A stretch of 64,000 bases of DNA from positions 124,001-188,000 of the forward strand of contig RSEE01000076.1 of assembly GCA_003971905.1 (NCBI GenBank), written 5' to 3'. Below the pieces are notes generated by a model that saw nothing but the letters and a program-made list of their open reading frames with translations, was not told the origin of the DNA and ran no database searches. This document shows, in pieces, positions 35,264 through 48,321 of this stretch (position 1 is the first letter of the stretch; the number at the start of each line of letters is the position of its first letter). A program made the position numbers and the translations under genes. Origin of the DNA: Moniliella sp. 'wahieum' (taxonomy: Eukaryota).

Positions 35264-37551
35264 GGCGGGCCGGTGGTGGAGATGCGTTCGTGCGGAGAGG
35301 CGGCGAGCCGAGCAGCGGCCGCAGGCTGACAAATGGCCATTCCGCCCCGCTGGCACGTTTCCGCCCGGGGTATGCGTTATTGTTCGTGTTCCTCCACCCG
35401 CCACCGCCGTCGACGCTGGCCTCGGCCGCGCTGGCCCCGGCGCCGCTCCCCACACGGCTCCTAGCCCCGCGGCGGGCGCAGACCAAGAGAACCAGGGCTT
35501 GCTTGTTGAGCTGCGTCCAGAGGAGGCTGCCGGACGACGGCACAGATACCGGCCCTACATGCGTCATTTATTTATGCCTTTCTCCTCCACGTGCGATTCC
35601 TTGTCGCAGGCTGTGTGCCTGTTGTTGTCGATCAATCGATGTAGCTGCAGCTGCAGGGAGAATCGTGTTGGGAGCCACTCGACCACCCGACGTGGTGTAG
35701 CCTGCTGATCTGGGAGATGCCAACGGATCCCTCCTTCCAGATAGAAGACGGCTCTGAGCTTGCCCCTGAGCCTGTTGGCCTGAGCCTGAATCTGGGCTTT
35801 TCAACGAACGACGAAGCAATGACAACGTTATGGGGGTGCCCGGGACAGGCCGCGGCCCGTGACCTGCGTGAACAAGGGCAGCGCAGTAGTGTCTACCGGC
35901 CCGTGCGTGGGTGAGGTCATAGACTGTGGCACGCTTCCACCACCGCTCTTGCATGTCGTCATCTAAAAACAGAACGCGTGGTCCTATTGAGCTTCCGCGG
36001 GGGTCTCCCAAGGACGAAAGGAAGACCGCTTTCCGCTGTGGCATATTTCCCCAAACATACAAGCGCTGCTTGTGGCCAGTCCAAGCAACTTCGGCTCCCC
36101 AGCTGCCTTGCGTGCCTCCCACATTTGTTTGTTTGAGCGGAAATGGCGGCGGAGGGCGACGAACGCAGACAGCTGCAGAGGCTGCGTGGGGAGATGCGAT
36201 CTACCATAAGGTGACGGGAGGAAGATGATTGCGACCATTAAATCCATTCGACGGGGATGGGATGAGCTGGTAACTGGTAAGCGTGGCAAAAAGCTAGCGC
36301 GGCGCATCGGCCGCAGTGACTAGTGAGGCTGAGCCGCACGGTCCGCCCTTGTCCGGTCCGCCCCGCTTCCCGCCGGATCCGACGCGTTGTGTCACGTGTG
36401 TCACATGTGACATCGTCTCATCCATTCGCCTAGGCCCCCGGCAAAATTCACCCCGCACTTCTCCCACACCCAATGTATAGCGCATCCGTCCCCCGCTCGT
36501 TCATGTATTCCACTTAAGTGTTTTTCAGGCATGACCCTCCGACACTAACATTACACTTCTCCACCGGAGGGAGTGTGCTTCTCATCCTTGCACATCAAGG
36601 TTCCCAAACATCCTGGCTTGGACTCGATTTTGGACTCTGTTGGCGCTACTGCAGTGGGAGACGGAAAATCAGACCTGAGCCCGACAGATTGGGAACAGAT
36701 CGACGGATTAAACCGTTTGTGGGGCTTGCCTGATGAAGAGAATGGTTGGTTGAGTCGTTCGCTTTCCACCAGGGCGTGCCTGCATCGACTAATAACAACT
36801 GCATCTGTTCACATGCTCAAGCGATGGGGTGCACAGTAGGTTCAAATAACGGACAGGTCGTGGTGATGGGCCCCGCGCTCCACCAATTATCGTCCGATCG
36901 CAGCATTGGTAGCGGCGTCGTGCACTATTACAAGCAGGGCTTCCAGGGAGGTAAGGCGCTTCAGGACTGGGTCCAGATTGAGGCTGTGCCGCCTCCAAAC
37001 ATCAGGTGTTAGGTCAAAACAGCGGATGGCCGATGTTGATGGTGTCGGCGCTCCACCATTTCTGGACGGATCTGGATCTGCGAGCGGCGCATCGCAGCCC
37101 AGAATCAAGGCTTTCCGAGGGTTTGATTCCGGCACCCTTTTTCACGGCCAAATGCCGTCACATCCTAGCATCGCGCCTCATGTGCTCTGCTGAGAGGCTG
37201 CCCCAACCTCAAGTAACTGATAACTAGAAGCACTAATAAGATTCTAGAGTCGCCATCGGCAACAATCTGAGAGACACAGAGAAAACACCCATTCCATGGT
37301 CGAAAAAGAAGAGAGGAAAACAAAAGGGTGCCGTATCCAGTATGTATTGTATCTGTATCGTGCTATGCTGTAATTGTATGTGTTCAACTGGACCATACAC
37401 GAATAATTGGAGGAGCCTAGTTCATGACACCTATACACATATATCATGATACACCTCACATTCACTCTTCATTCCTTATTCTCTTAATTTACAGTGTTGT
37501 CAATCCATCTCAAGACAGCGCGCAACGCGTGAAAGAGTCGCGCGGTCATTG

Positions 37552-40150
37552 TCAAAGAAACTGAGCATGCACGCATCGCACTATGTCCCGAAGAGACCAA
37601 TCCAAGACGAACAATGGCCTCCTCCAACTTGACCGAAGAGAGCGGTGGAAGGGGGTACAACGAGTATGTCGTCCATCCAAAAGGGAGGGTGAATAATCAT
37701 CCGTGTCAACCCAACCAAACGCATGGCACATCGGCACCACCTTTCGCATCAATGCACCGTGGGCATTGACCAGGTGATACACAAGACCTCCCACGTTGTT
37801 GAAAGGTCTTGGGCAAGGATGCCAGCCCCTACTGCTGCGTCGTCTTCTTCCTCTTGACCGAGAGAGGGAAGCTTTCACGGGTCGTAACTGTCAGCAGCTT
37901 GGTTGCGATAAGTCTTGTTCTCAAAGGGAAGGGAAAGAACGCCCCCGGTACCCAAAGGAAGGTACGTGTCCCGACTGGCTCTCGTTCCAAATTCAGATGT
38001 CTTTCCATATTGGCCCATTGAGCCCTACCCCGCCGCACGACTCATTAGCCGATTCAGCTCCAGCAAGACCAAAGTCAGAGGGGTTGGGCGTGTTTCATAC
38101 CCCGTGGCCTGCTGAGTGAGAGGACAAGGGAACTTGAATTTAGTCTGGGCAGCGCTCTGGCTATGGGTACGGCAGTCCTGTTCCCGTTTGACAAAGGCCT
38201 CAAGATCAGCACGCCTCATTCCCAAATAGTCCCACTCTCGGCGTGGTTCTTGGCCAGAGGTGCCCGAGCCGTCTCGTAGAGTCGCGGAGCGGTGCGCAGT
38301 GGTGAATTGGCTGGAGCCCTTTTCTTTGGGGAAAAAGTATTGAAGGAACTTGCACTCGAGTCCTCTGGTGGACTCTTGGTATCGTTCTGCAAACACAGAT
38401 CGTTAGCCAACACGGCGTGGCCATGGGCTCCAATCCCCGCAATTTGGATGTGGTAGAGCAAGCTGGACAGGCGGGGTAGGCTGCCGTGCACCCCGGTATG
38501 GAGCAGCAGTACAAGCCAGCCATCACAGTCTCCTTGAACTGTGCCTCAAACGGAGAGAGATGAGGGCCATCTGAGGTAACCCTCTCCGGCTCTTTAAACT
38601 CCGAATGATGATTGGTGCCGCTGCTACTGCCCGACGCACGAGCTGAATCGCCGTCTGCCATTGAAGAAGTGACGCTACGCTCCCTCTTGCGTTGAGCATA
38701 GAGAGCATTGGAGATCTCAGGATGGGCGCGGGCAATATGGTGGGTGAGCGCAGCTCCGCTAAGGTACGTTGCCACTCGGTTGGAACTTGCTTCTTCCCCA
38801 TCGCCGTCATCGGACGCAGCGGTAACTGGGCCAAGGAACGGGGCGATCGCCTTCGATGGCCGGGTGTGTGGTAAAATACGAGCCAATGTACGGGTCTCCA
38901 CCTCGTTAGGCTTGATAATCCGAGTCCAGGTGAGTTTACAAGCGGGCACACCACAGGCATAGGGCCGTACAAGTAAATCCCCAGGAACTGCGTGTTTGTA
39001 AGAAGACACGTCCCGTTTCCGCTGTTTGCGGGGACGGGGCTGCGCTGGCTCACGTATCTTCCATTTCACAACCTCTTTCATCCGTCTGTTGGCGAGACGC
39101 TGGCCCCCAGGTGGGCCTGCGCGTGGAGAGGAGGAGGAGGAGGATGAAGAGGGAGGAGGAGGAGGTAGCCTTTCGGGAGCGGAAGCAACAGAAGCAGTAC
39201 TTTCTTCCCTACTATGCCGCTTTCAATCGTGGCGTTCCTTGTTACTGTTGGTTCAGACATGCTCGCCACTCCCACACTTTTTCGGGAGGATGGCCCAGGA
39301 TGGGCGTAAGTGTCATCGGAATGGTTTTGTCCGCCGACCAACACCTCCCCTTCCCGATAGGGGGGAGATTCATGGAATGGAACGGCGGTGGCGCTTGTAC
39401 TGGCCCCCAAAGCTGACGCGTGTGGCCTACTAGTTCCTCACGCCCCGTGTGCTGGGTGGCGGTTGGACCAGCGCCGCTGTCCGCGAAAACCATGCCCGTG
39501 GGCAAACAAGTGGGCAATGACTGAGCGAACGAATGCCTTGCCTCTCGAGGATATAGCCACGATGGAAATGAGGAACTGGGCCCGATACTAATGTTGACAG
39601 GCGACGACGTTTTACCACAGGCTGCTGAATTGTGTTGTACTCAGCAGACATAGCATGGTCACCCTGTCCACCGTCTGGACTCGAAAAATGGTGTATTGCA
39701 GCTGTGCCCCGGTGTGGGCTCATCATTGGCGATCGCCTTGGTGTAATGGTCAGCCCCAAAGGCGAGGTTGAAGGAAGGCAATTGAGGAGGACGTTGAGAA
39801 AGTGTTGGACGCTCGTGACGAATCCGGCCGCCCCCCCAGTCAGGGGTTCGGAAGATGGGAATCTCTTCGTTGGCATTCCGGCGTTGACTGAGTCCCCCCA
39901 GTTCAGCGTGAGGCTTCGGATAGAGAGGACGATGCGCGCTCATATTGGGGTTTGGAAGATTCCTGTCCTCCCGAGGGCCTGACCAAGTAGCAGATGTATA
40001 TCTTGTCCAGGGATGACTCGATGCGTTGGACTCTGCCCAAAATTCTGTTGGATGAGGAGGAAAGGCCCCCTGAAACGAATGCCGGGGGTTGCGTTCATAC
40101 CTTGGGTCTACACCCTCCTTTCTTGAGGAGGTGGCACCTGCTGCTCCCAT
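37552..40150 (-). CDS. C2H2 zinc-finger protein with interrupted fingers; start uncertain, several indels
   Basis: RPYACGVPAC...YLSGAALTHHIARAH; LYCCSIPGCTAAYP(R)LSSLLYH; KFPCP...CPRPFNNVGGLVYHLVNAH; basic NLS-like RPRKQRKR and VKRRRL. Confidence 0.65.
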
Positions 40151-42966
40151 GCGTGACTAGAAAAACCCTGGAGTCCTTATCTTGCAGCTCCTCTGGTCGA
40201 CGCTCTTGGAAGACTGTTGGTAGTAATCGCTTCTCTCCTCTGTTTCTCTCGGCGCCTCAGAGAAGGATGCGTCAAGGAGACGCTCCATAGTCATCCTATG
40301 CTCTTAAATATCTGTCGCCTGGAGTGGGAAGCAGGAGTAAATATGTTGTGGTCAGTTAAGTCGTCGAGAGCCTCAACACGAGCGATGGGGCAGATACAAA
40401 CCAAGATGAATGAGCGCAATGGGAATGCAGTGGTTTTGTAGCGACGGAGTGAGAGGTGTGGTGTTTGGAGGGGTGGTATGGGAGGTGTGGTGTGGAAGGT
40501 GCGGCGGGAGGTGCGATAGGAGTGAGGTTCGCTGTGTCCGGCACACCGATGGTAACATCCACCCCTGTATCGACGAGCAAACCCAACCAGGGGGACCTTT
40601 AAAACTTTATCCTGCGAGGAGGTGATGGTGTCTACCAGAAAAAGTAGTCGCTTATCAACAACGAGTTGCGGAGGGTTTTTATGGAAATGATTAATCTCGC
40701 TTAATGCACCTGCAGAGCTTGATGACCATCGTTGATGGCCTGCCATTTGCTTGAGCAAACGGGCACAGTGTAGTTCGCTTTGGGTACTGTCGCGGCGGCC
40801 AAATTAACCCGCACAGAGCGTATAACAGCGCAACTCAGAGCTATATTGTTACGATGGCGAGGGTACGGTCATAACTTGTGGTCTCTGTGTCCTTCTGTTG
40901 AGTGTTGATTTATACAGTAGAGATGGTTTCGGCGTACATGTGAACCCCAAGGGATTGTGCCAGTAATCATTAACCACGGGAGGATAGTAATGAAGCAGTG
41001 GCGGGGTGCTACAACGAGCGATATGATACTTGCGAGACAGCACGAGTTATGTTCGAAGGAGAAAAAGAAAGCGAAAAACTGCGAAAAAGGTCCTCCCGCT
41101 TATACTTTCTACTTCCGAATCCATATCATTGACAGAGCTTAATTCTACTATATATATATACTAACTTCTGTATATGACTTTCCAGTATGGCTCTGCGGGC
41201 CGCACATGCGTTGATGACGTTGATGGAAGCTTAGAGAAAGTGCGTTGCTGCCGCATGATCGCTTCGCGAGTCAGAATATAGGATGTATAGCAAAATGGTC
41301 TATGGTCCACCAGATGTTGCTTGTGATTTGACGGCATAGTCGGCAATTATGGGGTCAAAAAGTGCTGCTCAAACGGACATATGCGTCTGACGCATTTTTT
41401 GTCCATCAATCAATTATCTGGCAGTCTGTGCGCGGGCCAACCTATCTGTCAAGCCCCTACCGTGTCAAACCAAAAAAGGCAAGTCACTAGTCAACAAACT
41501 AGGGTCATCCACACATGTCACCAAAGGAAATGTTCTTGAGCTTTGGGCCTTAGAGAGAAATGGTTTCCCCCGCGGCAGGGACTGGTGAAAAACACACATT
41601 AACTCTTTCATCACTCCGAAGGGTCTTCCTGAGTGCCACCTGATTCAATTTTCTGCACGGTGCTTGCATGACAATGACATGTGACAGTACAGAAGGCCAC
41701 ACAACGACCTGCTAGAGTAGTACGACTTGGGGGCACTATGGACGGCGCGTCATCGATGGTCGGAGTTCGGCCTCACGGCGTATAAGAAGGTAGGGTAGAC
41801 GGCAGCTCCCCAAAAGTCATTCTAGTAATGCTCGTAGCAGGTCCACAACCATATAAAAGAGCATTACCCGTGATCCACACGGAGAAGCCTATAAGTACCA
41901 CTTATCCTCTCACACGGCCATGGTTACAGGTCACATCCCTTAATTCGATCTTCCATACCAGCACAGCTGTGTGTGGAATAAACATGGATGACTAGTATAC
42001 ATCATGCACATGCCCTTCAACTGCAGCGACTTCCAATGCGTATATGGAATCCTTGTACACAAAGAGGTTTTTATGGTGGGGTAACCAGGAAGCGCTATAA
42101 GTGCTAAGCGTTAAGCCCGGCATACAAGTCCCACAATGTAGGGTCCTATTACTATTAGCTTTACCATATAATCCGTGGTAGCAGTTGGCATTAAAACGTT
42201 TTGGTCGTGACCGAGACCTAGTATATATTCACCTCATGCATTACGTGTGGTCAACGTTCGACGTACGTATGGTCCTGTTGGTCATCACATCATATATTGC
42301 TCATTAATAAGAGGTACGGGTGTATATAGTACTTAGTAGAAATGAGCCATTTCGGAGTATATGAGAGCTATAGAGCGCGGAGTCTTCTGGACAACTTACT
42401 GTCGCTGACATGTGACAAGTCTTCACGCTTCACGCTTCACACGTCACGACCCTTGTCGGTTGTCTCGCCGAAGATGTGTGAGCCGGTCCTGTAGGACAGG
42501 ACGTGGATTGGAATCCCGCACTCCCGTCGCTATGTTGGGCGGTAATGAACACAGGAGAGGTGGACCACAACAACCACAAACATCACAACAGGGTGGTAGT
42601 GTGACTATAGTGAGGCGGGGGGGCATGAAAGTTTTTTTACCAATTATATATACGCTCACGCCATGCATACCAAAAAGTTGAGATCAATATTCTTAGGAGT
42701 ATGACAGAGAAAAAAGGGGTAAAGCTTGGAGAATTGCGCGGAAGTATACACAGGGCATGTGGGCCTCACCTTCCCTTACGAGCTTGGTAAGAAAAGATGA
42801 TCTCTATCTACATTCTCTTGATGATTTCTGGGGTGACTAGTGACTCCATATCATATGGTAAACATTCATTCAACAGTAATGATGTGAAAACCCGAGAATG
42901 CACACACATGACAAAACCCGAAACTCAAAACTACTAATACAAACCCCTCTCTCTATCCCTGCCCTG

Positions 42967-45347
42967 CTAGAGTCGTCCTTGAGCAGCACGAGCCAATGCG
43001 CGCTCCATGCGCTCCCATGTCCGTACCCCACTCGGATCGTCAGGTCCCCAAGGCAAGTCCGACAGAAACGGGCAAACCGATCGCGCACTTCGACGAGGGA
43101 AGAAAAAAGAATAGTATGAACAACGGCCCACTCTGTCTCACCGTCTGTCCCAATCCCGCCCAAAGAAGAAGGAGAAAGAAAGATAGGGCGTCGTGGCCTC
43201 TACTGTCGCTGTTAACGCGACCACGACAGCAGGTACATCTCGCTGCACCCTCCCATACGGGTCTTCCTCCGTTGAATGCACGGTTAGAGCACAGAGTATC
43301 TGAGCGGCCCAAGCAGCCGTGGCGACCGAACCAGAGTTGGCTGACGGATCCACGAGCCCCACCAGGGCCCGATCCAGCACCACTTCCGAAGGTCGAAGAG
43401 CTGCCTCCAGCCATTCTACCGCTTTGTCCTTGACGTAGTAGTACGCCTGTTGGAGCCAGAATGGGGAGAAAGGAAGGATGAAGGCTTTAACCAACGTGTC
43501 TAGGTACCGCAGGTACAATCCCACCAGCTCAGCCGAGCGCGCCGCCACGCGATGAGTGACAGCCAGATCTATCTGGATATGCGGCGTAGTGGTGGCTTCG
43601 AACGGCAGGGGAGTCACCGCAGGGTTCACGGGCAGGGTGGGAACAGGAGGAGTGGTAAGAAGGGTTGTCGCGCGGTAGCTGTCTCCGTCGCCAGACGTGC
43701 CCATACCGAGGTGGGAAATCCTGGACGGGGCGGGAGGTGATGCTGGAGGGGTTGCTGTGTTGGCTATGTTGCAACTGGGCCGGACCGGCCAAGGGATGCC
43801 GGGAAGAGGTATGAAGGAGCGGAAACGGTGCTCAAAAGCGTGAGTTGATGCAGACACCCTTTTAATCCCGTCTTCCAGGCTGAAGCACCTGCCAGGGGGA
43901 AATCGTTGTAGATTGCACTGCGAACGGCGGCTCTGGTACCTACAGCGGAAGCTAGGGAGGCGAATGCAAAAGGAGCATATTCTTTCTTAGCGATTGTAAG
44001 GTGGGTTTGAGGGCTGGGCCGTGCGGGGCATCGACAGCCGGCATCGGATAGCAAGCGTACACCGACCAGGCAACGCGGCAACGCACCAAGAGATGGCCAA
44101 GGCGAGGGTGAAGAAGCAAAAGCGTCAAGTCAGGCCAAGGTACGCTAACGCCTAAAAAGGGGGAAAGTACGCGCCCCACCAGATAGGAAGGCGGATTGAG
44201 GGAACGAAGGAGGGGCCCAAAAGGGTAAAGACACTGGCCCAGAGGGATGATGGAGAAGCCGGTAGCAGGCGAGGTAGCCTACCGAGACAGTCCCCGTGGT
44301 CACCACCGTCGCAGGGAGGACATCCCGAAGAGAGTAGTCCAGGTTGCAGGGCTATACCAGCTCTGCAGCGTGTCTTGGCCCGACGAAAGCAAGGGCCTGG
44401 ATGCAAACGAAGGAAAGAAGGCGTGCCGCAGCAACTGGGGCAAGGGAGGCGGAGCCGCTGCAGCGTACACACGCAACGTAGGGGGCGTGAAAAGCCAGGA
44501 CCCAGATGCGGATAGCGGAGCAAGGGGAAGAGATGGAGGGTATGGGGGGGCTGCTGCTGTTGTGGCTGGGGGAGCGGGACAGATACCACGCTTGGAATGC
44601 AGGGATCAAGTCTTGTACGAGGGAACACGTGACGGCAACAGCGAGAGAGGAGGCGAAGGCAACAATCACGAGTTCGTTGGGTCGCTTGTCCAGAGCCTGG
44701 ATTGCTGGTACCGGCCAAGGCTGAACCAGCGCCGGTCGGGGCGGGGCCTCAGTGGGAGCGGCGGCTGGAGAGGCGGGCAAGCGGAAGGCCCAGGGGGAGG
44801 AGGATGTGAGGGCGGCGCAGGTCACGTTGGCGTGCGGGGCCGGGAGGGAAGGGGTGAGGTAAGCGAGGGCACCGAGGAGGGGCAGTGTGAATGCCAGGGA
44901 AAAGAGAGCATGCAGCGCAGCCGAGCTCCAGGTGGCTGGGTGGCCCAGAGTACCGAGCAGGGCAGCGAGGGGGCTGTGTGGGTGGGCGTGGAGACGGCGG
45001 AAGAGGTTGGCCAGGGCTGCGCTGGGCGGACGGAGAGGAAGGTTGGCCTTGGCGGCCCTCCTGGCCACAAAGAGCAGAGGAACGACGCCCACGAGCGTCG
45101 AGGCAAGCGAGGCGGACAGCCAGGCGGCGATCACTCGCGCCCAGCCGATGACACAGGCGCCGTTCGGCGCAGCACAGCCAGCGGGGACGGGTGCGGTGAC
45201 ATGGGTGCCGGCGCAGAGCACAAGCGCCGCCGCGGCGGTGGTGGCCGCTAACACATACGCATATACGCACTGCATGCGCACAACCTGCATGCGCCGCACC
45301 GCGTCCGAGAAGGCGTGCGCGCCCATGTTGGCCGCGTCCAGCGCCAT
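42967..45347 (-). CDS. NDC1: Nucleoporin Ndc1 (several indels; 3' end approximate)
   Basis: N-terminal multi-TM region, FAFASL..RAAVRSAIYND..SAW, and the conserved WAAQILCALTVHSTEEDPYGRVQRDVP. Confidence 0.8.
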
Positions 45348-45588
45348 TTGCCTTGCTCTGTGCTCGACGCAGGAGGGAGAAGGCAGGGTCAGTTAAATTA
45401 GCCCCACCCCGCCTCAAGTATTCTCCTGTTGTTCAATGTTCAACTGCGCGTTCATCAGCGCTGCTTACGTCAGTTGTACCGATCATCCGCGGGTCTGCGC
45501 TCTGCCCATCGTCCGGCGCTCGCAGTCCGCGCCCGGCATCGCCGTCACCCCCACCATCCCCACCACCCCACGCGTAGACCCTACCAGC

Positions 45589-46672
45589 ATGGACGCGCTC
45601 AGTTCGGGCTCCAGCGACTATGTCGCCAACAACTGGATCCTCTGCTACCTCGCCCTCAAGGGCAACGAGTACTTCTGCGAGGTCGACATTGACTACATCC
45701 TCGACCGCTTCAACCTGACTGGTCTCAACGCCGACGTGCAGAACTACCCGCAGGCCCTCGACCTGATCACCGATGCGATGGAGTACGACTACCCCAACAG
45801 TCTCGACCACATCGAAAGCCAAGGCCGGCTTCTGTATGGGCTGGTGCACGCCCGCTACATCCTCACCACCCGTGGTCTGGCCAAGATGGTAGAGAAGTAC
45901 AAGCGCGCCGACTTTGGTCGCTGCCCGCGCGTGCTGTGCTTTGGGCAGCAGCTTTTGCCTGTGGGTTTGTCGGACCACCCGTTCCAGAAGGCGGTCAAGC
46001 TCTACTGCCCACGCTGCGAGGACATTTATTCCCCCAAGTCTTCCCGCCACGGCACGATTGATGGCGCTTTCTTTGGCACCACTTTCCCGCATATGCTTGT
46101 ACGTGGTATCGCACCTGCTGCGTTGCTCTTCCTCCCTCCCTTTCGGTGTTCGCAGAGACTAACCGGATGTGTACACGTGTTTTCCCCTTCAGCTGATGGT
46201 GTACTCGCATCTCATTCCCCCCAAACAACCGGGCGGACCTGCGCCCTTCCTCGTGTCCAACGGCGGTGGTACGGCGGTGTCGGCGGCGGCCGCGACGGCG
46301 GCCGGCAAAGATGGAAGTAGCACCAATGGCAACGGGGACAAGGACAAGGACAAGGAAGCGGATAAGAGCAAAGAGGATGCGACGGGTGATACGGTACCTG
46401 TGCAGGCGTCAACCGCTGCGCTGGTCAAGATTGAGCGGTACAAGCCTCGGATCTTTGGCTTCCCCGTACACGAGACAGCAGTGCTGCAACGCTGGCAGGA
46501 CTCGGCGCGGGACAAGCTGCTGCAGCGGCTCGAGAAGGGCGACCGTGCTTTCGCGGCGGCTGCGGGGCGGGCCGGGGGGCGAAGCAGGAGGAGGGGGGAA
46601 TGCGCCTGCGGGTGCGACGGCACCCCAGTAGAGGAGAGGAATGCACTGGGTTTGGAGAGGGGCGTGTGGTGA
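45589..46672 (+). CDS. CKB1: Casein kinase II regulatory beta subunit; intron 46099-46192
   Basis: [73 protein letters not shown] | LMVY...[10 protein letters not shown]. Confidence 0.95.
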
Positions 46673-47057
46673 GGGGCGAGGTGCTGCTGGCTGCTAGAAA
46701 TTTACATAGCAGGTGAGGTGGATGGATGCCTTGCCGAGGGTATGGGGCGGCGGGGGTGTGATTGATGGGCAAATGTGCGCTGAAGAATAGAGCAGCGTGA
46801 CAAATTGGAGATGGGAGATATGAGCCAGATGGAGGATCCCCCACGTGGAGCAGGCATGCGGGCAGTGTTGCGTCGGCCGCACGCGGGTGGGGCTCAGGTT
46901 CTCGGGCGTTGCAGGTGAATTCGCCAGGCTGCCCGGCCCGAAGCTCATTGGGCAGAAGGCGCTGCAGTGGCCATGCGCGTCGGCCGTAGCCCCACCGCCA
47001 ACACAGCCGCCAACACAGCCCACATCGGGCCACCACGCTCTCCCTCGTGCCCGTCCT

Positions 47058-47174
47058 AGCTCCAGCTCCAGCTCCAGCTCCAGCTCCAGCTCCAGCTCCA
47101 GCTCCAGCTCCAGCTCCAGCTCCAGCTCCAGCTCCAGCTCCAGCTCCAGCTCCAGCTCCAGCTCCAGCTCCAGC
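47058..47174. repeat. Hexanucleotide microsatellite (AGCTCC)n, about 19 copies
   Basis: Perfect tandem array visible in the sequence. Confidence 0.95.
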
Positions 47175-48321
47175 CAAGTCCAAGCCCACCCCCCCGTAGT
47201 TCTCCCCTTCCTCTACACATACCTCCCCATATTTTTCCTCTGTGTACTCCTCCGCGTACCCCCCTCCCCCCCGACACTGCGCCGCCCCACCCACAACTGC
47301 TTCTTCCCGTCCGGATCGCTCGTACCCCCCGACACTGGAAAAGGCACTAGGTACTGAGTACTGATGGCAAATGGGTTGCCCTACATCAGAGGAGCCCCCC
47401 CCCCTCATCAGTTCATGCAGGAAGGGTGCTAGCTTGGGCAGCGAGAGGAAGGGGCGGCAAGTGGTCGAACGACGATGGCGAGGCCGCGCTCCCTTTGCTG
47501 CGTTCGAATGTTCCACTGCACGCTCAGCGCTCACCAGTCAAACCGGGGGCGAGCCACATCGGTCTAAAAGTACAACTAAGGGGCAGCCGGCCTGAGGCTG
47601 GGGCCTGACTACTCTAATAAGAAACCAACCCCCATGGATGCCGACTGGTATATGCCCGCCTGTCTTCATCTTACCTCTTCTGCTAGACCCTCTCGATTGG
47701 CCAAGCGCATGCGCCGTCGGTGTTTTCTGGCTTGAATTAGCTTACTAGTACAATTTATAGGTACCGGTAGCGCACTGGGAGAAGATCATACTAAGTAGAG
47801 TGGGGAGACAGAGTGGCGTCAAGCTACTACTATAGAAGCGGATCGGGGGCTGCTGGTCAGTATGTCCATATGTGTCTCTCTACCGGAGGGAGGTACTCCT
47901 GCACTCATAAATCACGTAGAGGACAACACGGTTGCGTGGGCTGGCCCATCCAGATATGGGGCTGAGGGCATGATTGCGCCACGAGAAGCATCAACAATGC
48001 CAGATGCCACTAGCAGTGCCACTAAAAATAAGCGTTTGGAAAGCTGGTTGGGGCCAGAAGACGCCAATCTCTCACCATCGTCTTTGCATAGTACTTTTGC
48101 CCACCGATGAGGGATGATCGATGAGGGCGATAGTGCTGGCAGGGCAACAGGTGAAGCAAGCGGAGCAGCGCGAAGCGAAAACACCCCTGGAGTCACTGCT
48201 CGGTCAGCGGCGGAGAATCGAAGGTACTAGCTGCAAACTACATGTTACTCGTAGTATGGATACGTCCCACCACCTACCACCCACGCATTCCCTCTTGAGC
48301 ATCCTCCATCCCCATCGTGCA

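Noticed and set aside
35568..37227. Small hypothetical genes flanking 36.3 kb
   Set aside because: Short ORFs without recognisable domains or a consistent splice structure.
46425..47534. ORFs with poly-(AG), poly-S or poly-(WS) tracts
   Set aside because: The frames are held open by the stop-free (AGCTCC)n microsatellite and high GC; no domain evidence.
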